DNA of 64,000 nucleotides from Candidatus Uhrbacteria bacterium (GCA_016188425.1 JACPHX010000016.1:22161-86160), one strand, 5' to 3'; numbered from the stretch's first letter, positions 28,701-36,243 are shown. Numbers and translations are program-made. The notes: generated by a model not told the origin, from the sequence alone.

Positions 28701-29388
28701 ATTCTGAATCGATATCAACCAACGCATCCGTATCCACGCGGTTCAACGTCGTGTTGTCGATATTGAGCGCATTGGTGAGCTGCAGGTTCCCCGTGGAATC
28801 TGTGACGGTCACGATGCTGTTGCCGCCAACCTGCGAGGGGAAAAATCCATCCAGACTCTCCGCATTAAGGGCGTACGATGACGCCCCCATGCGGATGCGC
28901 GGAGTCATCTCGGGATCGGGGGAAATCGTCAGTCCAAGGTAGACGGTGGAGGTGTCGGCAAACAGGGAACTCGGGATGAAATTTTGACCCGTGTCGCCCA
29001 AAAGGAGAGAGAACACGCCGTCTGTGACGGTCACGGAAACCGTGCCGTCTGGCGTATCGCCGGCACAGTCTATCGTCGCGGTATTGGCATCGGTATTGCC
29101 GGCGCTCCAAAGACAGACGCCTGCGGCGGCGGCATCATAAAACGCAAAAAACATTGAGTAGACGCCGTCATCGACGGTAACGCGCTGGTCATCGGTAAGC
29201 TTCGCTTGAAAAGGGATCAGCCGAGGTGGTGTGACCGCCAAAGCAGTGGCGGCTTGCGTCATGTTTATGATGGCCACCGATACGCAAACAACAGCGCGAA
29301 TCAACCGATTCGTGCGTTTGGAAAACGGATGAATGTGTCCCACCAAACGATGGGAGAAATGGCCTCCGTACATAATCGGGGCAAGCAC
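19753..29388 (-). CDS. Giant repetitive surface protein, 3211 aa (signal peptide; Thr/Asp/Gly/Ser-rich beta-repeat modules; duplicated C-terminal ~150-aa domains; Pro/Glu-rich C-tail)
   Basis: Longest ORF in the window. Signal-like region RLIRAVVCVSVAIINMTQAATALA. Paralogous over the N-terminal ~140 aa and several internal modules to ORF 39697..46914. Contains multiple internal tandem duplications. Antisense ORFs in the ORF track are GC artefacts. Confidence 0.8.
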   Translation of the reverse strand: MLAPIMYGGHFSHRLVGHIHPFSKRTNRLIRAVVCVSVAIINMTQAATALAVTPPRLIPFQAKLTDDQRVTVDDGVYSMFFAFYDAAAAGVCLWSAGNTDANTATIDCAGDTPDGTVSVTVTDGVFSLLLGDTGQNFIPSSLFADTSTVYLGLTISPDPEMTPRIRMGASSYALNAESLDGFFPSQVGGNSIVTVTDSTGNLQLTNALNIDNTTLNRVDTDALVDIDSESTADADRLFEVTSDVSGDETVQFFLTSGGQTYLRSSLGINTTTPDGAIDIESANAGEDDVYINLTDTGNGASTGILTGSGDPNGGVTAARGSIYLDQTGVTWVNTSVGATGSVWSNLAGASTVDNFDEVYAESIADGNLIMEIDDAGGAGLTFNITAATGDFVIQDAGSTFARFANNGNITFGADATDTVDFNADISSDFIPETDIAFDLGSAGQRWRDLYLGPASLHIGTSATAEGLLTYTDAGQDIFNFASDATGNADIAFFTDDIYLDKSAGFVGLGDTTPTENLTVSGNYLVTGHGIMGNRFNGGDLGEVSFTDRVLHLAEDMTADGDEVLRASSRFTATSVGFSGNTAGVFQATAQNTSGAAVKLGTLIGTEGNAIGNIDTFGYDLATVLVGVNGQVVNDGTASLPTGYSFHGRPIILDSGDIDSYGAFVVNGPDLASSGVVNSFNGLLIEDLTGAGATETFPIRYLGGAGFVVDEGGRLGIGTSTPDTDSLATISRPEDNKFISLNDQTSGLIPGIYTGTGDPNLVINTFGGIGSIYLDQDGAGGTAWVNTDGADTWIDLSGGSSPTLDDAYDNYGGGTELIEVDSGDLTWELASASDNFFITAIGGSIDAFTVNGSVVSGQAGFVGINTATPDARLDVEQGVADAEYIRLTFGATSASLYTGSGDPNGSVTANEGSLYLDQAGTTWVNTSAGSGTTWTDLAATGGADTLDSVYDNDGDKTMDVDSATGLFFDLTTTGDIAIQDASSTFALFDDSGNITFGADATDTVDFNADIASDFIPETDDFYDLGSAGQRWKDLYLGPATLHIGTSATAEGLLTYTDAGQDIFNFASDATGNADIAFFVDDFYLDKSSGFAGFGDTTPTENLTLSGDFLVTGHGIMGSRFIGGDLGEVASSTRVFHLAEDLSADATQVLRVSNRYDASAALNSSMAGYFQAITAAGDTDGVLTLTGLESVISSEATSAAADIADALGINVQIAAQSAASITEGYGVRTTPIITAAGNIDTYYAFSVNETSDTGAGSVGTFYGLAVDDLSTAASVRADVLRYFGTNPVVITDTSRLGIGTITPDTYIDISDAENTSLMRLTDETNADEVDFYTGTGTPTHSAESGSLYLDQAGKAWVNSSAGDAGTTWTDLAGAGTTPDFDEVYAQSITNTNLTMEVDDTTGLTFDLTTTGDFKIADAGTPFATFANTGFVGIGSTTPDALLDIESSNPADQDEFLRFSDTTAGVSVGVFTGSGDPNTIVTANEGSLYLDQAGTTWVNTSAGSGTTWVDLSAGGGGGGGWTDDGTLVRLTTATDNVTVGSATNLSAQLATDGNADEIQLLIQANATQTSNLVVVENNGGATDYFTIDGSGNGFFNNNIDLGSSTADLVSVNGLVDTSILPPTSNSLTLGDDTHRWADLFVQPGSLHIGTSTTDEGTISYDTTNNILQISSTPSLGNGTMQFIEDINGNAFFTFYNADTFGGAAAGTEDVGINFDVRDTVGTQTTIARMEANSIDPTDTSEDAALDFSIMDDGTFSPGMRLDDESRLGIGNQSGSFVAPDGALTVSNGTNTFDIFNLYDNTSQVFTVLDGGNVGIGTIAPAGRLEVIADSASAIDGVVIDTTGIGTLTDIRLQNSGTITNITNGAMQIEEASNGNALFTLYNSDNFGGAAAGTEDIVLNFDTKDDTNTQTTFASIEGNNTDPTNGSEDAALDFRVMDDGTFSPGMRLDDESRLGIGNQSGSFVAPDGALTVSNGTNTFDIFNLYDNTSQVFTVLDGGNVGIGIVAPTGQLHIDTNGAAVSDAIRISTSSGSLTDAIEIAGAATTGIHLSNTGIGTDISFQNGETLSNDINGTFRFSSTSTNGDQNILEILSTNIDVGSVFLYDNVTNADALSIGKVLDITAEHSTSESSSWTSNTIDVRSALSGSVTGGTISAFETLWTAPVGGGVNVTEEVFRIRNQNISDAGVSDNNVSQLLYIDNADVDDLSDIIVDNGITIDSTGGMGITNGLYVSGTVGTISDGIEIGTGVTTGINISGAQTIGLNFSSLSIGTDIRLQNGETISNGVADGAFTFTSNATTGSVIDVVTSAISSGSIFNFDNVTSGDSFSIGKVLDLTAHYSTSESSTWTSNTIDVRSTLSGSVTGGTISAFETLWTAPVGGGVNVTEEVFRIRNQNISDAGVSDTNVSQLLYIDNADVNDLSDITVDIGLRIDSTGDMGITNGIVVNSTSGTITNGLVFSNGAGANMTTDITLQQGETIDNDGTDGTIAIGATILDVNGVIKTDFNGAATTNGVCHSGADSDTTATDRELVVCSAAPDDIAEWYETTGDETAGDLVVATDSTITYEADEVEPLTGILTGGKIVSDLTVLDKSSTPYESRIVGIVSTSPAQSYGRGVIDAATYPKAIATAGRVPLKVSDENGAIRPGDPITSSSTAGAGMKSTLPGMVVGMALDSWTGPGVGTIRVYVQPSWHSGAVIANDGSVATVEQALAINRVIAATAVDQAQGSHALAFRGSAWDSSSSVAVDRAISIALEVTDKNEYRLSYKDSLDQEIAYLTQDGAMSLAGDLWIGGNLYPSDRGTKQTNKYIYYDGSAGPGGDLMRTNASGWGTGSYDFAEMFPSKDQLEAGDVVIFSVSDTEHVSRSTGKTYDGLVAGVVSTKPGFLAGDNRAGDFPIALAGRVPTKVTDENGAIEIGDSLTTSSVPGVAMKATEDGPVIGYAMEPYTASSPDNLIITFINLSHTGGAAVAPIDNVASGISSNAQLSSLDMYGSVYLHGNHLLDVGKLVGMGNTWSVDEAGLFATVASYNVVIRSYQNENVSAHAMLTTDHSVFLSGSATLSQGEATVSFEDVDASFNDITSTSSPISVVTTANGPAYVYVSQKDNNGFTVRQLDGMDSGIVVDWHVTAVRKDHEDVVEEAVEPPPIEGVMPPTDPVTDPIVPPSDPPADPIDPPVVEEPPAVEEPTVTEEPPLVEDPPVAEEPVVPPEAVIDPASVPVTP
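21328..22011. repeat. 684-bp tract near-identical (by eye roughly 93-96%, no indels) to 41248-41931 in the paralogous giant gene
   Basis: Encodes MTTDITLQQGETIDNDGTDGT...IRVYVQPSWHSG in both proteins. Identity drops abruptly at both ends (ggtggtcat | divergent). Confidence 0.85.
22100..23250. repeat. In-gene tandem duplication A (~636-bp period, two units) within the 3211-aa ORF
   Basis: Protein units SIGKVLDITAEHSTSESSSWTSNTIDVRSALSGSVTGGTISAFETLWTAPVGGGVNVTEEVFRIRNQNISDAGVSD... repeated at ~95% identity. The nucleotide motif atctgcgttatcaat...attgtgaaacatt recurs at 22165 and 22800. Confidence 0.8.
23400..24520. repeat. In-gene tandem duplication B (558-bp period, two units) within the 3211-aa ORF
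   Basis: Antisense ORFs 23453.. and 24011.. begin with identical 47-aa strings. The sense strand encodes ...DAALDF..MDDGTFSPGMRLDDESRLGIGNQSGSFVAPDGALTVSNGTNTFDIFNLYDNTSQVFTVLDGGNVGIG twice. Confidence 0.85.
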
Positions 29389-29483
29389 CCGAATGCGTGT
29401 TCGATGATTATATCATCAAACGCACATCCCGGCTCGCCCGCCGTATCCCTTTTAAGAAACGGCGGACGAGTGGAGTCCGTACG

Positions 29484-30452
29484 CTATGGACGCTTGGACT
29501 TGCTCATCATGGCTTTCGCCACGATCCAGCGGTTGTATTGCTTGAGGAGCAATGCGGCCGCCACGAGCAGGATCAGGAACAGCACGATCAAGAGCCATGG
29601 AATCACCCAGAACGTGGTCTGGGCAGACACGGTCTCTTGGCCTCCTGCTCCGAAATGAAGCACGAGAGACGCGGTATACGGCCCGAAGCCGAAATTGCGC
29701 CACTCCTTCATAAATTCGGAGGCATCGTCTTTGAGGGCGCTTTTCTGCCACGCGGCAGAAAACACGCGCTCGGAATTTGGCAGGACATTTCGTCCGTCGC
29801 CGTTCACGGGGAGAGCGGCAGATTCCCCCCCCAGGAAGTTCGTGACCCGAATAGCCCCGCTGGGTTTCAGATGCACGGTTCCCGAGTTTTGGAATTTGAT
29901 GTCAAAATCCACGGGCAAGCTGCTGTAGGTCCCTTTGGGAATCGAGAACGCGGTAATCCGTCCCGTCTCCTGCACGGCTCCGTCTACGCGAAGGAGCAAC
30001 AAGGTAGCAATCTCGGCGACCGTCCCGATCTGCTGTTTTGCCACCGGGCTGCTGGTCGAGAAGATCAGTCCCCCGAAATATCCCCCAGGGGAGGCATTGC
30101 GGGGAACGGAGATGTTATAGGTGACGAATTTTGTTTCTCCTGGAGCCAACGTGACTGTTTTCTCTGTAAAGGATACCCAATCTACCAAGGAGCGGGTCGT
30201 GGACTTTCCAATGAAATTGGGGGCGCCTTGCACGCCCGTGGCCTCAAAATCTTGGATTTCCGTGAAGAACGTAGATGATTCCTTCCCCTCGTTGCGCAAG
30301 CGGATCGAGCCGACAAAGGCATCGCCGGGGCCCACTTCGTATTCGACAAGAACGGGGCTGATGGTAAGGGCCTCTGCATCGTTTTGGACGACCGACAAGA
30401 GCGGGAACGCCAAAACGAGGGCGGCCAATACACAGGTAAGATTCCTCCTCAT
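29484..30452 (-). CDS. DUF916/DUF3324-like cell-surface protein with signal peptide and C-terminal TM anchor plus basic tail
   Basis: Signal MRRNLTCVLAALVLAFPLLSVVQNDAEA. Two beta-rich modules (ISPVLVEYEVGPGDAFVGSIRLRNEGKES; TLAPGETKFVTYNISVPRNASPGGYFGGLIF). C-terminal helix WLLIVLFLILLVAAALLL followed by KQYNRWIVAK. This architecture matches CscA-type DUF916 proteins of Firmicutes WxL clusters. The family call is from memory and not verified. Confidence 0.5.
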   Translation of the reverse strand: MRRNLTCVLAALVLAFPLLSVVQNDAEALTISPVLVEYEVGPGDAFVGSIRLRNEGKESSTFFTEIQDFEATGVQGAPNFIGKSTTRSLVDWVSFTEKTVTLAPGETKFVTYNISVPRNASPGGYFGGLIFSTSSPVAKQQIGTVAEIATLLLLRVDGAVQETGRITAFSIPKGTYSSLPVDFDIKFQNSGTVHLKPSGAIRVTNFLGGESAALPVNGDGRNVLPNSERVFSAAWQKSALKDDASEFMKEWRNFGFGPYTASLVLHFGAGGQETVSAQTTFWVIPWLLIVLFLILLVAAALLLKQYNRWIVAKAMMSKSKRP

Positions 30453-30462
30453 AATGGGTTTG

Positions 30463-31674
30463 TTAGAAGGTCGCCGTCGCGATGAATCGCATGGCGTCCG
30501 TATAATCAGTGTGGGCTTCTGTGGCACCGGAAATCGCCGCTTTCACGGCAACGCGCGCTTCTCCGCCCGCCACAGGACCGGCCGCGGTGAATATAGGCTC
30601 CGCCGCGGAGCTGGAAGAAGGAGTGACGCCGACGGTATGGTCGCCGGCACCGGCCGTACAGCCGTCCGCGCTCACGTCCCCGTCATAATCGCCATCCATC
30701 AAGATCGTTCCTGTAGTCGCCGAGGTAGAAACAATGCAAATTCCATATCCTTCCGTCCCGGCGACAAGGGCGGTCGCGGCCGAGGTAATCGTGTCCCCTG
30801 GCACCGAGGCCGAGGCCAAATCGATCACGGTATCCGTATTGATGACGGTCACGACGAATCCATCGGTGGCATTGGTGGCAATGTCGAACCAAATGGAATT
30901 GATGGAGCCGCCCGAAGAGGAAACCGCGCTTGAGGTAAGCGTTCCCAAGGCAACCGGAACGGTCGCCGGGTTCGTCTCCGTGTGCGTGATCCCCACATCG
31001 ATATCGAAGGTGAGGGACGCATCCACAGATGCAGTAATCGTAACCGTATCTTCTTCCACGATAGCGACGCTATCCGTTGCCGCATGGGCCGCTGACGTTC
31101 CTTCGTCATCCATCGAGAAATTGAGCGTGTAGCTTCCTGCGGTCGCTGGGTTGATCAGTTCTCCATCTGCCGAGGTTCCATCGATCGTGAATGTCACGAT
31201 CGCGGCGGCGCCAGACGCGGTATACGATGCTCCGCAAGGAATGACGCGGAAAGCGATCGCGGTCGTGTCGATGGCGACACCGACGTTATTTGCTCCATCG
31301 GCACAGGCCACCGTTGTCGTACCGGCGCCGGCGGAAACGGCATTGACTGTGCGCGCCGTCCCATCATTGAAGGTAAAATCAGCGGTTGCCCACGTTCCGG
31401 ACTGCGTAAAAGCAGCCGTTTGAGGGAAATCGTAGATAAGGACATCGGTGGAGCCCGAAACATCGAACGTCGTAGCCGCGGGAAGCGTGAGCAAGATCGT
31501 ATGATCTGCGTTCGTGCTTATTTTGAGCCTGGTCATGGTGTCTTTCACCGCCGTAAACTGCGCGGCGCTGGCCGGGCTTGCGTAGGCGACGAGGGAAACC
31601 AGCATCGCGGCGACAAGCACCCGCGCGATGTTGGTTTTCCAAGAACTCGTTTCAATAACATTCAACATAGTCAT
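30463..31674 (-). CDS. Secreted Thr/Ala/Ser-rich beta-protein, 403 aa (signal peptide)
   Basis: Signal VLVAAMLVSLVAYASPASAAQ. Low-complexity beta-strand-like composition. Ends in aromatic F. Same strand and tightly spaced (10-nt gap) with the DUF916-like gene. Confidence 0.5.
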   Translation of the reverse strand: MTMLNVIETSSWKTNIARVLVAAMLVSLVAYASPASAAQFTAVKDTMTRLKISTNADHTILLTLPAATTFDVSGSTDVLIYDFPQTAAFTQSGTWATADFTFNDGTARTVNAVSAGAGTTTVACADGANNVGVAIDTTAIAFRVIPCGASYTASGAAAIVTFTIDGTSADGELINPATAGSYTLNFSMDDEGTSAAHAATDSVAIVEEDTVTITASVDASLTFDIDVGITHTETNPATVPVALGTLTSSAVSSSGGSINSIWFDIATNATDGFVVTVINTDTVIDLASASVPGDTITSAATALVAGTEGYGICIVSTSATTGTILMDGDYDGDVSADGCTAGAGDHTVGVTPSSSSAAEPIFTAAGPVAGGEARVAVKAAISGATEAHTDYTDAMRFIATATF

Positions 31675-31849
31675 AATAATCAGTCTCGGAGCGTTTCATG
31701 AAAAGTCGCCCCGAAACAAAAGACATATGTACATTCGACCTTTATTCTGCCTGTGGAAGGTAGCCCTTGCTTCACAGCAGACGTCCCTTGATCTTGGGAC
31801 GTCTGTGGTGAAGAGAGGGTGAAAAATTTTATATGCTAGGCATGCTCTC

Positions 31850-32515
31850 CTAAAAATTAGACGTCGCAATTATCCTGTAAAGCCCCGTGTAGCTCCCTGC
31901 CACCGTAAGGGTGTCAATGGCGGCTTTGAAGGTAATGGTGGTATCGCGCCCCGTCCCCCAAATCGTCCGCGAGGCAAGAATGAGCGGCGTGGCGCTGACC
32001 GCTTGGTCTGTGGCAAAAGCCGCGTCAGCACCGGAAACCGCCACTCCAAACTCTTCGCTTCCGGCAGTGACTGATCCGTCTCCCACATCGTCGATGGTAT
32101 CGAAGGTCGCATTTTGGATCTCCTGGATTTCGGTCATGGCGAGCGTGTAGCCAAAATCCGCATTCGTGGTGACCGAAGCGGTCATGGAGGCGGTACTGAC
32201 CGTTCCGGTAGTAAGGGCGCTTGGGGAAAGAGGCATGCTCACGTCGTCTAGAGACAAAATAAGGATCGGTTCCTCATACACTTCCTCAAACCCATTGAAT
32301 GTTTTGTAGCTCGTGCTTTCCCCTTGGTTCCCCGATCGATCCCCTGTGGCCTCTTGGACGATGTAGTTGGTGGACGTCGCCCGGTTCCCTCCGCTGGTCG
32401 TCGCATCGGCCCACATGATGTAGCTTGGAGAGGAAGATTCAGCCGACGCAAAGAACGGCACCGATGCCGAGAGCATGATCACCCCCACGATCCAGCTGCG
32501 AACAGACACGCACAT
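31850..32515 (-). CDS. Small secreted protein, 221 aa (signal peptide), first gene of the surface-protein operon
   Basis: Signal MCVSVRSWIVGVIMLSASVPFFASA. Ends ...RIIATSNF. Followed by a 10-bp-stem hairpin (31773-31810) before the next gene. Confidence 0.5.
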   Translation of the reverse strand: MCVSVRSWIVGVIMLSASVPFFASAESSSPSYIMWADATTSGGNRATSTNYIVQEATGDRSGNQGESTSYKTFNGFEEVYEEPILILSLDDVSMPLSPSALTTGTVSTASMTASVTTNADFGYTLAMTEIQEIQNATFDTIDDVGDGSVTAGSEEFGVAVSGADAAFATDQAVSATPLILASRTIWGTGRDTTITFKAAIDTLTVAGSYTGLYRIIATSNF

Positions 32516-32634
32516 AATATTGTCCCTATTTTATAGGATCCGGGCGATTGCCACAATAAGAAATATAAAGCATACTTGCACTTCGGCGGCCTCCGTCCAC
32601 ATTTATTCAACCCCCAACACACGCTTTCGCCTTT

Positions 32635-33831
32635 ATGTCATCTTTTTTTGTCCTGGGTTCGCACCCAAGCATCTCCCTGGCCGAACTCATCCAAACCAAC
32701 CCCGCGCTTTCCCCGATCACCGTGCGGTCGAAGGAAATTGCCGTCTCTGAATCTGCATTGGAAACAGCCGACGCCCGCCGATTAGGCGGTTTGATAAAGA
32801 CAGGGACCATCATCGCCTCCACCGACGGATCCAATCCTGCCCTACTGGAAGCACTCCACATCCATCTCAAAAAACATGGATCCGAGACACGGGCCAAATT
32901 TGGCATAAGCGACTACCGCCCCGGTGCCTCATCCACGGAAAAGATGGGGCTGGCTATCAAATCCCTCCTCAAAGAGGCAGGGACACCGGCCCGGTTCGTC
33001 TCGGCCAAGGAAACAACGCTCTCCTCGGTCATCGTGTCGACGAACAAATTGCTTCCACCCACAGGATACGACTTCTGCCTTTTCCCCAACCCTGACGGTG
33101 GATGCGATATTGGGGTGACCACCTACGTCCAATCCTTCCAATCTTGGTCGCGACGTGATTTCGGTCGGCCGCGCCGCGATGCGAAAGCGGGGATGCTGCC
33201 TCCGAAGCTCGCTCGCATGTTGGTGAACCTCGCCAACGGAAACCCAACCAAAGACGTCCTCATCGACCCGTTCTGTGGCTCTGGCACCGTGCTTATGGAA
33301 GCCGCCCTGCTTGGATATGCACACTTGATTGGCTCGGACATCACTGCATCTGCTGTGGCAAACTCAAAAGCCAACCTCCTTTGGCTCCGCAAAGACGGCT
33401 ATGCCGTGCCTCCGATCCTTCTCATGAAAACTCCCGCCCAAGAACTCCCGGGGCTCATGGCAAAAAAAGCAGACCGTATCGTTGCCGAAGTACATTTGGG
33501 CGCACCAAAACAAGGAGTAGAAACAGAAAAATATCTCCGAGAAGAAATCAAAAGTCTCGCGGTCATGTACACGCAAGTTCTACGCCAGCTTGGACAAATC
33601 GCGAACAAGAAAGCCGTTGCCGTCCTCGCCTTCCCTATATATAGGTTCGGCGGCACCTGGCTTGCGCTCCCCATTAAGGACATCGTCGAGGGAAGCGGTT
33701 GGGCCATCCGGCCTGCGACGGCAAAATGGCCTGATCGCTTTAACCCATCACTTTCTCCCAACGGTGGACTACTCTACGCCCGCAAAGAACAGCATGTAGG
33801 CCGCGATATCATCGTTCTTGAGAAGGTATGA
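32635..33831 (+). CDS. THUMP-type RNA (guanine-N2) methyltransferase, RlmL/Trm11-like class I SAM MTase
   Basis: RlmL-like N-terminus (MSSFFVLGSHPSISLAELIQ), SAM motif I DPFCGSGTVLMEAALLG, and motif IV-like region. Confidence 0.55.
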   Translation: MSSFFVLGSHPSISLAELIQTNPALSPITVRSKEIAVSESALETADARRLGGLIKTGTIIASTDGSNPALLEALHIHLKKHGSETRAKFGISDYRPGASSTEKMGLAIKSLLKEAGTPARFVSAKETTLSSVIVSTNKLLPPTGYDFCLFPNPDGGCDIGVTTYVQSFQSWSRRDFGRPRRDAKAGMLPPKLARMLVNLANGNPTKDVLIDPFCGSGTVLMEAALLGYAHLIGSDITASAVANSKANLLWLRKDGYAVPPILLMKTPAQELPGLMAKKADRIVAEVHLGAPKQGVETEKYLREEIKSLAVMYTQVLRQLGQIANKKAVAVLAFPIYRFGGTWLALPIKDIVEGSGWAIRPATAKWPDRFNPSLSPNGGLLYARKEQHVGRDIIVLEKV

Positions 33832-34628
33832 TTGGATTCTTCGACTCGGGAGTGGGTGGGCTCACCATCATCGAGGAAGTCCATCGACGGTTGCCCTCCT
33901 ACGGGACTGTCTATCTCGGAGACTCCGCTCGCATGCCTTACGGAGAGAAAAGGCACGACGAATTAGTCCAATTCCTTTGGGAAGGAGCGCAGTGGCTGTT
34001 TGCACGAGGATGCTCCCTTATCATCGTCGCCTGCAATTCCGCCTCCGCGAGCGCGCTGCGGGAGGTACAACAGACAAAACTCTCCTCGTTTCCGGGGCGT
34101 CGCATTCTTGGGGTCATCCGACCGACCGTTGAGGAACTCTCTCATCAAGGATATAAGCGAATCCTTGTGCTTTCGACGACGGCGACCAAAAAGAGCGAGG
34201 CATATGTGCATGAATTTGCTAAAATCAATCCTTCCATCCAGGTCATCTCGCACGCCTGCCCCAACTGGGGGCCGATGGTTGAGGAAGGAAAGGCGGTGTC
34301 TATTGAAATGAAAATCGAGGTGAATCGGGAGCTGTCTCTGGTTGACGATCCGTCAGCAATCGACGCTGTCCTGCTCGCCTGCACACATTATCCGTATGTC
34401 CGTGAGGATGTGGAGGCATTCTTCCTATACAAAATCCCCGTGTTTAACCAAGGAAACCTCGTCGCGAGCTCGTTGGAGGATTACCTCCTCCGACACCCAG
34501 AGATGGAACGGACGCTCACAAAAGACGGGGCGCGCGAGTATTTCACCACCGGAGACGTCGCAAATGCGGATTTCCTGGCATCAAAACGGTTTGGATACGA
34601 TGTCCGGTTCCAAAATACGTTTGTATAA
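33828..34628 (+). CDS. murI: Glutamate racemase
   Basis: IGFFDSGVGGLTI, catalytic Cys motifs ACNSAS and LACTHYP. 266 aa. Confidence 0.9.
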   Translation: MIGFFDSGVGGLTIIEEVHRRLPSYGTVYLGDSARMPYGEKRHDELVQFLWEGAQWLFARGCSLIIVACNSASASALREVQQTKLSSFPGRRILGVIRPTVEELSHQGYKRILVLSTTATKKSEAYVHEFAKINPSIQVISHACPNWGPMVEEGKAVSIEMKIEVNRELSLVDDPSAIDAVLLACTHYPYVREDVEAFFLYKIPVFNQGNLVASSLEDYLLRHPEMERTLTKDGAREYFTTGDVANADFLASKRFGYDVRFQNTFV

Positions 34629-34689
34629 AATAGGCGGGGTCACTTGACCCCGCCTATTTTATGATAGTTCTTAATAATCAATCTTCCAT

Positions 34690-34755
34690 CTCCCTTGTTC
34701 ACCCCTGTTCACCCTTGTTCGCTCTTGTTCCCCCTTGTCCCCCTTGGTCACCTCC
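34690..34755. repeat. Degenerate 10-bp tandem repeat (CCCTTGTTCA)x6 in the convergent IGR between murI and ychF
   Basis: tcccttgttcacccctgttcacccttgttcgctcttgttcccccttgtcccccttggtcacc. A related CCCTTG-phased tract occurs at 48893-48938. Confidence 0.7.
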
Positions 34756-34757
34756 CC

Positions 34758-35822
34758 CTAGGCGATCCTAAAATGACACACGTCCCCATCCCTCATCACA
34801 TATTCCTTCCCCTCCACCCGCAATTTGCCCGCTTCCTTCGCTCCATGCTCTCCCAGCGCGACAAAATCTTTCCAATCAATAACCTCCGCACGAATAAAGC
34901 CCTTTTCAAAATCCGTATGGATAACGCCCGCGGCTTGCGGCGCCTTCGTTCCTCGATGAATCGTCCAGGCCCTTGTTTCCATTTCTCCTGACGTAAAATA
35001 CGTAATCAACCCAAGAAATCTATACGATTCGCGGATGAGACGATCCAGCCCGGGCTCTGTAATTCCCAATGATTCCAAGATCGGTTTCTGGTCCTCTGGC
35101 GCCATTTCTACAATCTCCGACTCAATCTTGATCGAGAGAGGGACCACTAGCTCGCGATCATTTAACAGAGTCGGAGGAGACGCCAACTGATCTTCACTGA
35201 CATTTAATACGAAAATGACTGGTTTCGCGGTCAGTAACTGAAGCGGCTTGATCATTTCCTTCTCTTTTTCCGTTTCAATGACACTCCGTGCCGATTTTCC
35301 CGTCGAAAGTGCAGCATCAACCTTCAACAAAAAAGCTTCCTCCTCTTCCAACTCCTTTGTCTTCCCAGATTTCATCACTCCATGCACCGCTGTCAGCCGC
35401 TTGCCGACGGCAACCATATCCGCCATCGCCAGCTCGATATCGATAACTTCGACATCACGAAGAATGTCTACGCCACCCTCGACATGATGCACATTTGTGT
35501 CCACAAAGGCGCGGACAACATGCGCGATCATGTCGACTTCTCGGATCGTCGCGAGAAACTTGTTTCCAAGCCCTTCTCCTTTGCTCGCCCCTTTCACAAG
35601 ACCAGCGATATCAACGAACTCGATCGCCGCCGTGATGATTTTTCCTGATTTTGAAACCGCCGCCAGCTGTTTTAGCCGATCATCCGGCACTTCCACTGTC
35701 CCAACATTGGGTTCAATCGTACAAAACGGAAAATTCTCGCAAGGAACTTGTTTTTTGGTGAGCGTTTTGAACAGCGTAGATTTACCGACGTTTGGGAGAC
35801 CGACGATACCGACTTTGAGCAT
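34758..35822 (-). CDS. ychF: Ribosome-binding ATPase YchF (Obg-like)
   Basis: [19 protein letters not shown]1 motif, TGS and coiled-coil domains. Start at the internal Met. The ORF track N-extension to 35900 would overrun an intergenic palindrome. Confidence 0.9.
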   Translation of the reverse strand: MLKVGIVGLPNVGKSTLFKTLTKKQVPCENFPFCTIEPNVGTVEVPDDRLKQLAAVSKSGKIITAAIEFVDIAGLVKGASKGEGLGNKFLATIREVDMIAHVVRAFVDTNVHHVEGGVDILRDVEVIDIELAMADMVAVGKRLTAVHGVMKSGKTKELEEEEAFLLKVDAALSTGKSARSVIETEKEKEMIKPLQLLTAKPVIFVLNVSEDQLASPPTLLNDRELVVPLSIKIESEIVEMAPEDQKPILESLGITEPGLDRLIRESYRFLGLITYFTSGEMETRAWTIHRGTKAPQAAGVIHTDFEKGFIRAEVIDWKDFVALGEHGAKEAGKLRVEGKEYVMRDGDVCHFRIA

Positions 35823-35875
35823 AAGAGAGATGTAATGGGGAGTATATCGGCGGGAAGGAGGAAAAACAAGGCGTC

Positions 35876-35922
35876 GGCCGCTAACCCCGAGCGTTAGCAC
35901 TGCTAACGCTCGGGGTTAATAG
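35876..35922. repeat. Palindromic element family 3, copy 2 (perfect 17-bp inverted repeat taaccccgagcgttagc / gctaacgctcggggtta)
   Basis: Lies between the relE-like stop and the ychF start. Related to 4391-4449. Confidence 0.6.
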
Positions 35923-35967
35923 AATTAAAAAGCTCCGCTGGCTGGAGCCGAGACGAAGCGTTCGGCA

Positions 35968-36243
35968 TTAACCCTTTTGTGTCCGGTAAATAGAGTGATC
36001 TCCGACTCGCAACAATACCACCTCGTGATCCCCTAAAAACTGGAATAACACTCGATTTCTAAAATCGACGGAGAATGACCATGTTCCTTTCAAGGGACCA
36101 GATAACTTATGCGTTTTTAAGAGCGGGTGAAACGGATTTTCCTCAAAAAGGCGACCGCGATCTTTCAAAAGAATTTGAATGTCTGACGGTAATTTTTTGT
36201 AGTCCCTCTTGAATTCAGGTGCATAGAGGATAAAGAGATGCAT
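35968..36243 (-). CDS. Type II toxin, RelE/ParE superfamily
   Basis: 91 aa. KLSGPLKGTWSFSVDFRNRVLFQF...VVLLRVGDHSIY is a typical RelE/YoeB-fold mRNA interferase signature. The stop overlaps the upstream antitoxin gene arrangement. Confidence 0.75.
   Translation of the reverse strand: MHLFILYAPEFKRDYKKLPSDIQILLKDRGRLFEENPFHPLLKTHKLSGPLKGTWSFSVDFRNRVLFQFLGDHEVVLLRVGDHSIYRTQKG

Noticed and set aside
19784-29100. Dozens of plus-strand ORFs (for example 22400..22816, 23453..24007, 25237..25968, 27451..28038) inside the 3211-aa minus-strand gene, and similarly 40007..46573 inside the 2405-aa gene
   Set aside because: They are antisense to a continuous, domain-coherent giant ORF and have Arg/Gly/Pro/Ser-rich low-complexity translations typical of GC-rich antisense frames. 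Their repeated identical N-termini simply reflect the tandem repeats of the sense gene.
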